Part shown: positions 18,556 to 27,058 of the stretch, piece after piece
Position numbering within the stretch: position 1 is the stretch's first letter
How the letters are laid out: each line of letters opens with the position of its first letter
Position numbers and translations under genes: made by a program
The notes under the pieces: model-generated
What the model saw: only the letters and a program-made list of their open reading frames with translations
Database searches by the model: none
Told to the model about the DNA's origin: nothing
NCBI GenBank assembly: GCA_016281915.1
Contig: JAEEJO010000077.1
Coordinates: forward strand, 1,140 to 65,139
DNA from: Clostridiales bacterium
GTDB taxonomy: Bacteria; Bacillota; Clostridia; Oscillospirales; UBA644
DNA: 64,000 nt
Direction of reading: 5' to 3'

Positions 18556-19326
18556 TTATATTTTTATTCTTATTTCTCCAGAGGACAACGCTTTTCTGTT
18601 GCCGAAACTGTCTTTTATTACAAGACGGCATTCGTCGTCTATATCTTCAACATCAGCCCGGTACGAATCACCGGTGGCTGTATTTATTATGTCAACCGTT
18701 TTACCGATTACTGCGCTTCTTTTTTTATACTCACGAGAAATATCCGCAATTTCATGACATTCAGAAAACCTGTTCAAGAATTCCGCTGCTATCTCTTCCC
18801 GAAGCCGGTCTTGTTTATCACTGCAAATCGCTCCTGCGATATCGCTGATCTCATTCGGGAAACCACCGTCGGGCGGATACACGTTGAATCCTATGCCCAT
18901 TACGGCATATTTTATCTTCCCGCTGTCAAATACTGCCTCCGTAAGTATACCGCATACCTTTTTTCCGTCAATGAATATGTCGTTTACCCACTTTATCTGC
19001 GGAATTCTGTCTGTTGTTTTTTCTATAGCCATGCATGCAGAAACGGCGGCGTGAGTAGTGATATAGATTGCATTTTTAATATCTGTGTCGGGATGAAGCA
19101 GCACGCTTATATAAATTCCCGTGTCAGAGGGAGAATAAAACCTTCTCCCCATCCGTCCTCTGCCTGCCGTCTGGTGTCCCGCTATAATAACAGTGCCATC
19201 ATCAGCGCCATCTTTTGCCATTTCACGCAGAAGCGTATTTGTTGAAGTCACGGTGTCAAATACTGAAACTTTGTATCCGCACGCCGCTCCGCGGAGTTTA
19301 TTAATTAGAATTTTTTCACTTATCAT
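18556..19326 (-). CDS. birA: Biotin--[acetyl-CoA-carboxylase] ligase (group I, no N-terminal HTH)
   Basis: GHQTAGRGRMGRRFYS (GRGRxGRxW-type motif), KWVNDI, 256 aa. Confidence 0.85.
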   Translation of the reverse strand: MISEKILINKLRGAACGYKVSVFDTVTSTNTLLREMAKDGADDGTVIIAGHQTAGRGRMGRRFYSPSDTGIYISVLLHPDTDIKNAIYITTHAAVSACMAIEKTTDRIPQIKWVNDIFIDGKKVCGILTEAVFDSGKIKYAVMGIGFNVYPPDGGFPNEISDIAGAICSDKQDRLREEIAAEFLNRFSECHEIADISREYKKRSAVIGKTVDIINTATGDSYRADVEDIDDECRLVIKDSFGNRKALSSGEIRIKI

Positions 19327-20195
19327 CTGTAAAATCCGCTTTCGATAAGCTTTTCGTAATCTTTCAGTATTTTATAAGGCGCTTCGGGGTCTATCAGAGA
19401 TGCAGTGCCTATCATTACCGCTTTTGCTCCCGCATACATAAACTCGATAACGTTTTCTGCGCTCATAATGCCGCCCATACCTATTACGGGGATTTTTACT
19501 GCGTGTGAGACTTGATATACCATCCGTAACGCAACAGGCATAACGGCAGGTCCGGAAAGTCCTCCGAAAACGTTTGCCAGAACGGGCTTCCCCGTTTTTA
19601 TATCGATACGCATGCCAAGCAGTGTGTTTATCAGTGAAACGGCATCTGCTCCGCCGCTTTCTGCCGCAAGAGCCATATCCGTGATGCTCGTAACGTTGGG
19701 CGACAGCTTAACTATCAGAGGCTGACGAAGAACAGCCTTAACTTTTTTTGTTATCTCTTCTATCGTTCCTGCATCAGTCCCGAACGCAAGACCTCCGTTT
19801 TTAACGTTCGGACATGATATATTCAGCTCAACCATATCTGTTTCGGTCAGCGAAATTTTAGCTGCTGTGGCAACGTAGTCTTCTATCGTTTTTCCTGCGA
19901 TATTGGCTATAACCGTTGCGCCTGCGCCCTTCAAAAACGGAAGTTCTTTCTCGATGAAACTGTCAACACCGGGGTTCTGTAGCCCTACGGAATTAAGCAT
20001 TCCCGAAGGTGTCTCCGCAATTCTCGGCGAATCGTTCCCGTCTCTCGGCTCAAGCGTGGTGCCCTTGGTAGCTATCGCTCCCAATGCTGAAATCGGGAAT
20101 ATCTCATTCATTTCACGTCCAAAACCGCAAGTTCCCGAAGCGGTAATTATCGGGTTTTTAAGCGTTATTCCTGCAATATTAACCGATAAATCCAT
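19323..20195 (-). CDS. pyrD: Dihydroorotate dehydrogenase, class 1 (1B-like catalytic subunit)
   Basis: NPIITASGTCGFG, NISCPNVKNGG (Cys catalytic base, 1B-like loop), GMGGI. It overlaps the birA start by 4 nt. Confidence 0.8.
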   Translation of the reverse strand: MDLSVNIAGITLKNPIITASGTCGFGREMNEIFPISALGAIATKGTTLEPRDGNDSPRIAETPSGMLNSVGLQNPGVDSFIEKELPFLKGAGATVIANIAGKTIEDYVATAAKISLTETDMVELNISCPNVKNGGLAFGTDAGTIEEITKKVKAVLRQPLIVKLSPNVTSITDMALAAESGGADAVSLINTLLGMRIDIKTGKPVLANVFGGLSGPAVMPVALRMVYQVSHAVKIPVIGMGGIMSAENVIEFMYAGAKAVMIGTASLIDPEAPYKILKDYEKLIESGFYR

Positions 20196-20198
20196 GTT

Positions 20199-21272
20199 TT
20201 AACCCTCATATTTCTCTGCAAAATTCAAAATGTATTCCATCGCTGACTGCCTGTCTGCATCCTTGAGCACTACGGATGTTCCGCCGCATTCTTTTTTGAA
20301 TACAACGTATTTTCCCGCTGCGCCTGTTACTCCTATATCCGCCTCGGCAGCCTCGCCGGGACCGTTTACAACACATCCCATGACGGCGATTTTCAAGTGT
20401 TTTTTTATCCCTGCAAGCTTTTTTTCGAGCTCTGAGGCAAGACCTGAAACGTCAATCGTCGTTCTTCCGCATGTGGGACAAGCTACGATCTCTGCACCGT
20501 CATTTCTCAGACCGAGTGAACGTAAAAGTGCTTTTGCCGCGGTAACTTCTTCAACAGGCGGGGCGGAAAGCGAATAGCGGATGGTGCTTCCTATACCGTC
20601 AAGCAGCAGCGCGCCAATACCTGCGGAATTTTTGATCAATCCCGATTTTAGCGTTCCTGCTTCCGTTACTCCTATATGAAGAGGATACCTTTCTGTGTTA
20701 TTTCTATCGAATATCCTGTATGCCTGAACGGTTTTTCTTACGTCAGAGCTTTTTATTGATACTATTATATCTCCAAAATCAAGTTTTTCAAGAATCTCAA
20801 CGTTTTTCTTCGCGCTTTCCGCAAGTGCCTCGGGAAGGGGAGAAGAGTATTTTTTGAGTATGTCTTTTTCAAGAGAACCGCTGTTTACGCCTATCCTTAT
20901 CGGTATTCCGTGCTCTTTTGCCTTTTTAACAACCTGTTTAATGTTTTCTGTTCCGATATTCCCGGGATTTATTCTTATTTTGTCTGCTCCGGCATCAATT
21001 GCGGCAAGAGCCATTCTGTAATCAAAATGGATGTCTGCAACAAGGGGTATATTCAGCTCTTTTTTCAGCGAAGCAAATAGTTCTGCGCTTTCACTGTCAG
21101 GGACTGAAACTCTCAATATTTCGCATCCCGCCTCCTCAAGCTCCTTTGCCTGAAAAACAAGCTCTCTGAACCGTGAGAACGGAATCGAGCACATCGACTG
21201 TATTGATACGGGAAAAGCGCCGCCTACCGGGACGGCGCCGACTTTTACGGTTTTATAATCCATCTGAAACAC
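20199..21272 (-). CDS. ispG: 4-hydroxy-3-methylbut-2-enyl diphosphate synthase
   Basis: PVSIQSM, ADIHFDYRMAL, CPTCGRT ... MGCVVNGPGE. These are canonical IspG/GcpE motifs. Confidence 0.95.
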   Translation of the reverse strand: MFQMDYKTVKVGAVPVGGAFPVSIQSMCSIPFSRFRELVFQAKELEEAGCEILRVSVPDSESAELFASLKKELNIPLVADIHFDYRMALAAIDAGADKIRINPGNIGTENIKQVVKKAKEHGIPIRIGVNSGSLEKDILKKYSSPLPEALAESAKKNVEILEKLDFGDIIVSIKSSDVRKTVQAYRIFDRNNTERYPLHIGVTEAGTLKSGLIKNSAGIGALLLDGIGSTIRYSLSAPPVEEVTAAKALLRSLGLRNDGAEIVACPTCGRTTIDVSGLASELEKKLAGIKKHLKIAVMGCVVNGPGEAAEADIGVTGAAGKYVVFKKECGGTSVVLKDADRQSAMEYILNFAEKYEG

Positions 21273-22580
21273 CTATACTATCGGGAAAAATATATCCTTG
21301 AACACAATTACCGCCATAAGAATCATCAAAGCCACGATTCCTGCAAAACTGATCGCAGCTTCCACCTTCTGCGGCACCCTTTTTCTGAAAATAAGCTCAA
21401 TGAGAAGAAAAACAAACTTTCCTCCGTCAAGAGCGGGGAGGGGAAGAAGATTTACTACCGCAAGGTTGATCGAAATCAGCGCAACAAGAGACAGAAGCGT
21501 TTCAAATCCGGATTTTGCCGCCTGATAAATAACGGTTGATGTTCCGACAGGTCCCGAAACGTATTTTACCGAAAGCTTGCCCGTAACCATGTCGATTATC
21601 GTGTCATACATAAGTGTAACAAACGATCCTGTTCTGAATACGGAATGCTTAAGTATATTGATAAACGTCTTTTCCTCAGCCTTGACCTTGAAGTCGATAT
21701 CAGGTGACGAGAGATCGTCGGCAGCCTGAAAAACAGGGAATTTCACGTCGTTCAATACGATCGTTTCTCCGTCGCGTTCAACGGTCAGATCAAGCGTGTC
21801 TTTATTGTAAGCCACAGAAAATGCGGTTGCGATATCTGTATATATTCCAATGTTTCTGCCGTTGACCTTTAATATTCTGTCTCCTGCCTGTAGTCCGCTT
21901 TTATCTGAAAGCGAGCCGTCAATAAACCCGCCTACAACTGTTGAGGGAAGACCGGAAGAAACCTTGAAATCTATTGACGCCACTTTTTTTCCGTTTTTCG
22001 TTCCCGTAGAAAAGGCAACGTCTTCAAGATATATCTCTTCACCTTTTCTTATAACTTTTATATCAAAAACGTTTTCTTCTCCGGAACGGGAAACGACTCT
22101 TTTGATGTCTCCTAAACTGTCAACCACAATGTCGTTTATCTCAATTATTCTGTCGCCGGCTGCAAGCCCTGTCTGCGAAGACAGCGCGTCCGGTTCAAAT
22201 CCCAGAACCGTTGTTGATGCCGAGACTGTTGACATTATAACAAGCGCCGTTGTTATTGCAAAGCCGAGGATCAGGTTCATTGCGGCGCCCGCCACAACTA
22301 TTATCATTCTTTTCCAGACGCTTTTTTTATTGAAAGCCCTGTCGTCGTCGCTGTCCTCTTCCTCGCCTTCCATCGCAACAAATCCGCCGATAGGCAAAAG
22401 CCTGATTGCATAGGTGGTTTCTTTGCCTTTGATTTTAAACAGGGTAGGACCCATACCTATCGCAAATTCGTTGACTCTCACGCCCGAAAGTTTTGCCGTA
22501 ATGAAATGTCCGAGTTCATGTATAAGAATAAGCGCTCCAAGAACAAGAACCGTATATATTATCTGTAAAAGAATATCCAT
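21273..22580 (-). CDS. rseP: RIP metalloprotease RseP (site-2 protease)
   Basis: HELGHF in TM1, two PDZ-like segments, and NLLPLPALDGG in the C-terminal TM region. Confidence 0.9.
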   Translation of the reverse strand: MDILLQIIYTVLVLGALILIHELGHFITAKLSGVRVNEFAIGMGPTLFKIKGKETTYAIRLLPIGGFVAMEGEEEDSDDDRAFNKKSVWKRMIIVVAGAAMNLILGFAITTALVIMSTVSASTTVLGFEPDALSSQTGLAAGDRIIEINDIVVDSLGDIKRVVSRSGEENVFDIKVIRKGEEIYLEDVAFSTGTKNGKKVASIDFKVSSGLPSTVVGGFIDGSLSDKSGLQAGDRILKVNGRNIGIYTDIATAFSVAYNKDTLDLTVERDGETIVLNDVKFPVFQAADDLSSPDIDFKVKAEEKTFINILKHSVFRTGSFVTLMYDTIIDMVTGKLSVKYVSGPVGTSTVIYQAAKSGFETLLSLVALISINLAVVNLLPLPALDGGKFVFLLIELIFRKRVPQKVEAAISFAGIVALMILMAVIVFKDIFFPIV

Positions 22581-22615
22581 TTATTCTCCGGTGAAAATTG
22601 AATTTAAAAAGATTT

Positions 22616-22924
22616 TTATTTTTCCTGATCTTCTTTTATCTTGCGTATAACCTTCTGATACCCGTCTGCTCCGTACATGAGAGCTCTGTTGACACGGGAT
22701 ATCGTTGCCGTAGATGCTCCGGTTTTGCCTACTATCTCTGAATACTGCTTGCCTTCTAAAAGCATACGCGCAACAGTAAATCTCTGTTCCATGCTTTTTA
22801 ATTCGGTAACTGTGCAGAGATCTTCCAGAAAAGCATAGCAATCGTCGGGTGTTTTTAAGGAAAGGATCCCGCGAACGAGAATATCCATTTGTTCATTTCT
22901 TAGTTTATCTATCATAACGGCCAT
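22616..22924 (-). CDS. YerC/YecD family TrpR-related protein
   Basis: 102 aa; FLEDLCTVTELKSMEQRFTVARML..G..YSEI...TGASTATISRVNRAL. Confidence 0.8.
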   Translation of the reverse strand: MAVMIDKLRNEQMDILVRGILSLKTPDDCYAFLEDLCTVTELKSMEQRFTVARMLLEGKQYSEIVGKTGASTATISRVNRALMYGADGYQKVIRKIKEDQEK

Positions 22925-22950
22925 CCTGTTAATATGTCTGATAAGTGAAT

Positions 22951-24369
22951 TTATTCGTCTCTTCTCCTCGAAGCCAGAATCTCTCTTCTTGACTGCTCAT
23001 ACATTTCCTGTCTTCTGAGCCTTCTGAGCTTGTCGCGTTTCCTTCTTCTTGCATTTGAGATAAAGAACAGAAGGACGAGCGCTCCGATAGCGATCAGTAT
23101 AATCGCAAGAATGATAAGAAATACTTTCAAACCCGTGGGCATACCCTTTTTAACTTCTGTTTCAGCCTTCGGTTCAGATTCTTCATTTGCTGCCTCGGGT
23201 GTCGTTCCTGCGGCTACCGGAATGGGGTTCGTCAGCTGCTTCTCTGTGTGATTGAGTGAAAACGTGCCTATGTTCGGATACATATATGTTCCGTCTGCAA
23301 CAGACAAAGTAACTGAAGGAGCGATGTCATACCAGCTGTAAGTGTCGTTAATGTTAGTCTTAAATACTACATCTGACTCCGCAACTGAATTATGCCTCAG
23401 ATAATACATATCGCTTGCGGGACTTACAGCGACCGTAGCAACAACACTGTCGTTTTCCACCACCTTCGATACTGTGGGCTTGACTTCTGCTGTCGTGATC
23501 GGTGTTTTAACAAAATTGTCGAATCCATAGTCAAGCAGAGCTCTCAGATCGCTGAATCGGTTAACTCCTGATGTCGAACCGAGAACGACTGCCACAAGAG
23601 TTTTATCTCCTCTTCTCGCAACGGCAACGCCGGTATAGCCTGCCGGGACCGTATATCCGGTCTTACCGCCGATTATGCCCTCATAGTATTGAGGATCTGC
23701 GCCTTTAAGCATCGAAAAACCTGTGGAAATAGTCAATACTTCCGTTTTTTTGTTATCCGGCGGAACTTCATAGATTATGGTCGAAAAAATCTTCAGGAAT
23801 TTTTCGTTCGTAATGGCAAATCTTGTTATCTGAGCCATATCAAAAGCGGTGGTCAAGTGGTTTTCATCGGGAAGTCCGTGCGGATTCGTAAAGTGCGTGT
23901 TTTTTGCCCCGAGTTCTTCTGCTCTCTTATTCATCAGCTCGGCAAAAGCTTCAACAGAACCGGAAACAGCTTCCGCAATACAGTTTGCAGCATCGTTTGC
24001 CGACTCTATTATCGTTGCATACATCAGGTCTTCCATCCTGATGTTCTCTCCTGCGGTCAGCGCAATGTGCATGCTGTCAGAATAATCGGGTTTGTCCATG
24101 ATCGTTGCGTTTGCAGATACGGTAACCACTTCATCCGGATTTGCGTTTTCAACGGCGAGAAGAACTGTCATTATTTTCGTTATGCTTGCAGGATAAAGCT
24201 GCTGATCCATATTCTTTTCGATCAGCACCTGCCCGGTAGTCGCATCCATAAGAACATATGCTCCGGCTGTGATTCCTTCGGGCATTGCAAATACACCCGC
24301 AGGGACCAGAGTAAATATCATGGCAAGTATCGTCAAAGTGCAAAGCAGTTTGATTATCTGTCTGTGCAT
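22951..24369 (-). CDS. D-alanyl-D-alanine carboxypeptidase (PBP5/DacB-like) with a C-terminal TM and basic tail
   Basis: Signal peptide, SxxK (PASITK), SAND (SxN-type), KTGYT (KTG box). The C-terminus has a TM (VFLIILAIILIAIGALVLLFFI) and an Arg/Lys-rich tail. Confidence 0.85.
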   Translation of the reverse strand: MHRQIIKLLCTLTILAMIFTLVPAGVFAMPEGITAGAYVLMDATTGQVLIEKNMDQQLYPASITKIMTVLLAVENANPDEVVTVSANATIMDKPDYSDSMHIALTAGENIRMEDLMYATIIESANDAANCIAEAVSGSVEAFAELMNKRAEELGAKNTHFTNPHGLPDENHLTTAFDMAQITRFAITNEKFLKIFSTIIYEVPPDNKKTEVLTISTGFSMLKGADPQYYEGIIGGKTGYTVPAGYTGVAVARRGDKTLVAVVLGSTSGVNRFSDLRALLDYGFDNFVKTPITTAEVKPTVSKVVENDSVVATVAVSPASDMYYLRHNSVAESDVVFKTNINDTYSWYDIAPSVTLSVADGTYMYPNIGTFSLNHTEKQLTNPIPVAAGTTPEAANEESEPKAETEVKKGMPTGLKVFLIILAIILIAIGALVLLFFISNARRRKRDKLRRLRRQEMYEQSRREILASRRRDE

Positions 24370-24447
24370 TTCCTATCGTCTCCTGTCGTATTATCCGCTC
24401 TGCGCATAATTTACGCAGGGTCGGCTTTTATTTGTGTATACATTGAT

Positions 24448-24476
24448 ATTATATAATATTTTATCACATTAGTCAA
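24448..24476 (-). promoter_or_regulatory. Sigma-A-type promoter for the dac-to-birA array
   Basis: On the minus strand: TTGACT, 17 bp, TATAAT. Confidence 0.55.
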
Positions 24477-24501
24477 GTAGCAAAATTAATAAATTTACCG
24501 C

Positions 24502-24530
24502 TTGACAATAATCGTATTATGTTGTATAAT
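24502..24530 (+). promoter_or_regulatory. Perfect-consensus sigma-A promoter
   Basis: TTGACA, 17 bp, TATAAT. Confidence 0.6.
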
Positions 24531-24580
24531 GATAAATGTGGAATTGTAAACAGTATTTTTTCGTGTTTCGGAGAATTATT

Positions 24581-25186
24581 ATGAAAAACAGATTTGCCGT
24601 ATATCTTGTTCTCGGTATCTTTCAGATAATATCGGGGCTTTTGGGCTCATATTTTGTTTTTGTCGTTTCCGGCGCATTCATGCTTTTCAAAGCTCTCTCC
24701 GAATTTGCTCGCAGCGCAAAAACACCTCTCAGGATCATTATTTGTTCCGTTTTTGCCCTCCTTGATCTTTATTGCCTTTATTATTCGTTTATAATGCTCA
24801 TTTCTCAGATAGATTACGCCGCATTCCGTCCAGCAACATGGATCGTTATTCCCATTGCGGTAACACTGATAACGTTGATAGCACTGTTTGTCTTTTCTAA
24901 AGACGCTGCATCCGACCCTGATACGACCGATAACTCGGCTGCAATAATTCAGACTGAGAGCTCGATTGAAGACCTTACTGTTTTTGTCCTCATCTTCATC
25001 GGATGGATCGGCACCTTCGTTTTTGAGTTTTTCTTTGAATATTCCGCCGCATTCTGCATCGCGGTATGCCTGCTGAAAAACGTATATAAAACACTTTTTC
25101 CCAAACAAACAAAAACCACAACAACACAGTTATCCGAACAGCAGACTATTTCACCTGTTTCGGATCAGCCCGTAAAGGAAACATGA
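24581..25186 (+). CDS. Polytopic membrane protein of unknown function
   Basis: About 5-6 hydrophobic helices and a Thr/Gln-rich C-terminal tail. Start at ATG 24581, downstream of the promoter. The stop lies 1 nt before the mreB ATG. Confidence 0.55.
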   Translation: MKNRFAVYLVLGIFQIISGLLGSYFVFVVSGAFMLFKALSEFARSAKTPLRIIICSVFALLDLYCLYYSFIMLISQIDYAAFRPATWIVIPIAVTLITLIALFVFSKDAASDPDTTDNSAAIIQTESSIEDLTVFVLIFIGWIGTFVFEFFFEYSAAFCIAVCLLKNVYKTLFPKQTKTTTTQLSEQQTISPVSDQPVKET

Positions 25187-25187
25187 T

Positions 25188-26210
25188 ATGTTTGAAAAAA
25201 ATATAGGTATAGATCTCGGAACAGCCTCTGTCCTTATCTACGTTAAGGGCAAAGGTATCGTATTGCGCGAACCTTCCGTAGTTGCAATAGACAGAACGAC
25301 CGGCAAGATACTCAAGGTAGGCGTTGAAGCACAGGAAATGCTAGGAAGAACTCCGGGCAACATCCTTGCTATCAGACCGCTGCGCGACGGCGTTATCTCG
25401 GATTATGAAACAACTGAGAGAATGCTTAAATATTTTATAAAACGCGTAAACGGCCATTCCATTTTCAGACCCAACATCGTCGTTTGCATCCCTTCCAGGA
25501 TCAATGAAGTTGAAGAGCGTGCTGTTCGTGACGCCGCCCTCAATGCGGGTGCAAAATCTGTCGAGCTTATTGAAGAACCGATGGCAGCTGCGATAGGGGC
25601 GGGTATAGATATATCAAAACCCCGCGGTGTCATGGTTATAGATATAGGCGGCGGCACTGCCGATATTGCTGTTATCTCCCTCGGCGACGTAGTCGTTTCC
25701 GAAAGCGTCAAAGTTGCAGGCGACAGATTTGACGAAGCGCTTGTGAAATTCATAAGAAAAGAATGGGGAATCCTTATAGGCGAGCGCACCGCTGAAGACA
25801 TCAAGATCCGCATAGGCTGCGTTTCTCCCCGTCCTGAGAAACTATCCATGACCGTTCGCGGCAGAGACCTTACGTCCGGTCTTCCGCGTGAATTTACCAT
25901 TACTTCCGAAGATACTATGGAAGCATACCAGGAACCCGGAAGAAGCGTCGCAGAAGCCACACATGACGTTCTTTCACGCACTCCTCCCGAACTTATCGGA
26001 GATATATCTCTCGACGGTATTATTATGACCGGAGGCGGAAGTCTTCTTTACGGATTTGACAAAATGATCGCCGAATACGTCGGTATCCGCGTTTCTGTTG
26101 CCGAAGACGCGGTATCATGCGTAGCGAAGGGAACCGGCGCTGCTCTTGAGCTTGTCAGCGATCTTTCTTCCATCAAAGCCAATTCTCCGAATAAAAAGCT
26201 TTGGGGCTGA
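25188..26210 (+). CDS. mreB: Rod shape-determining protein MreB/Mbl
   Basis: IGIDLGTASVLIYVKGKGIVLREPSVVA, DIGGGTADIAV, MTGGGSLL; an actin-fold MreB family member. Confidence 0.95.
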   Translation: MFEKNIGIDLGTASVLIYVKGKGIVLREPSVVAIDRTTGKILKVGVEAQEMLGRTPGNILAIRPLRDGVISDYETTERMLKYFIKRVNGHSIFRPNIVVCIPSRINEVEERAVRDAALNAGAKSVELIEEPMAAAIGAGIDISKPRGVMVIDIGGGTADIAVISLGDVVVSESVKVAGDRFDEALVKFIRKEWGILIGERTAEDIKIRIGCVSPRPEKLSMTVRGRDLTSGLPREFTITSEDTMEAYQEPGRSVAEATHDVLSRTPPELIGDISLDGIIMTGGGSLLYGFDKMIAEYVGIRVSVAEDAVSCVAKGTGAALELVSDLSSIKANSPNKKLWG

Positions 26211-26248
26211 TTATTCTTTTGGGACAATACTTATAATAAACATAAAGC

Positions 26249-26281
26249 AATATCCCGAAAGCGTTCGGCTTTCGGGATATT
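26249..26281. terminator. Bidirectional intrinsic terminator
   Basis: AATATCCCGAAAGC / GCTTTCGGGATATT 14-bp perfect stem with a 5-nt loop. Confidence 0.8.
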
Positions 26282-26288
26282 CTTATCT

Positions 26289-26957
26289 TTATCTTCTTGC
26301 TTTTCTCTTTTTTTCGTCTCGAACTTCAAAATCATCTTCAATTTCTTTTTTCCAGTTTGCCTGCAGCGGAGCGCATCCTCTTACGGTTTCGATCGCTTCG
26401 CTCAATACCTTGAAGTTGAGCCTTGTTCCGCACCTGTCTGCCCTGTAATTTACTGCTCTGTCTTCATTTATTCCGAAATGCCTTGCAGTTTCTACGGCGT
26501 CTATGTTTGCTCCGAGGAACAAAAATTCCCATCCGTTTTTATCTTTTTGCTTCTCTATCATACTTTTTACCGTTTTACTGTCATATTCTCTGCTCGCATT
26601 TTCCATTCCGTCTGTCGTAATTATAAATATCGTGTGCTCCGGAACGTCTTCTTCTCTTGCGTATTTATGAACATTCTGAATATGATGTATCGCTCCGCCT
26701 ATAGCGTCTATCAGAGCAGTACATCCGCCTACTGTGTAATCTCTGTCTGTCATCGGTTCCAGCTTTTTGATATCGACTCTGTCATGCAGCACTTCGCTTT
26801 TGTTGTCAAAAAGAACCGTTGATACGATCGCCTCTCCGTCGGCTTTTTTCTGCCTTTCAAGCATAGAATTGAAGCCTCCTATAGTATCGCTTTCAAGTCC
26901 GCTCATCGATCCGCTTCTGTCCAGAATAAATACGATTTCAGTTAACCCTTTTTTCAT
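26289..26957 (-). CDS. Cytoplasmic von Willebrand factor A domain protein (TerY-like size)
   Basis: MIDAS DxSxS (LDRSGSM), a downstream T (GGCTAL) and D (TTDGMEN). 222 aa with no signal peptide. Confidence 0.8.
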   Translation of the reverse strand: MKKGLTEIVFILDRSGSMSGLESDTIGGFNSMLERQKKADGEAIVSTVLFDNKSEVLHDRVDIKKLEPMTDRDYTVGGCTALIDAIGGAIHHIQNVHKYAREEDVPEHTIFIITTDGMENASREYDSKTVKSMIEKQKDKNGWEFLFLGANIDAVETARHFGINEDRAVNYRADRCGTRLNFKVLSEAIETVRGCAPLQANWKKEIEDDFEVRDEKKRKARR

Positions 26958-26971
26958 TTCAATATCCTCCG

Positions 26972-27014
26972 TAAAATAAATATAGCTGTTCGGTTGATCA
27001 CCTTACAGCTATAT
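26972..27014 (-). terminator. Intrinsic terminator after the CDF gene
   Basis: ATATAGCTGT / ACAGCTATAT stem with a 15-nt loop and a T-rich tail on the minus strand. Confidence 0.55.
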
Positions 27015-27058
27015 TATATCTTATTCGGTTTTCATTTTGGTCGCATAAAAAGCGACAA

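Noticed and set aside
23100-23160. KGMPTGLKV upstream of the TM helix of the carboxypeptidase, considered as a possible LPXTG-like sortase motif.
   Set aside because: The motif is not LPXTG-like beyond PTG. The TM is followed by a roughly 45-aa structured basic tail rather than a short KR stop-transfer. It shows no similarity to the NPxTxD-SVLF module.
23689-24456. A 255-aa plus-strand ORF antisense to the D-Ala-D-Ala carboxypeptidase gene. Similar long antisense ORFs occur at 139..1059, 2279..2896, 11043..11855, 18550..19245, 47659..48255 and 59285..59998.
   Set aside because: Those I checked (2279, 11043, 18550, 23689, 59285) lie in the codon-aligned antisense frame of a confidently identified gene. 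They are a shadow-ORF artefact of TTA/CTA/TCA depletion, and their translations are low-complexity with no motifs.
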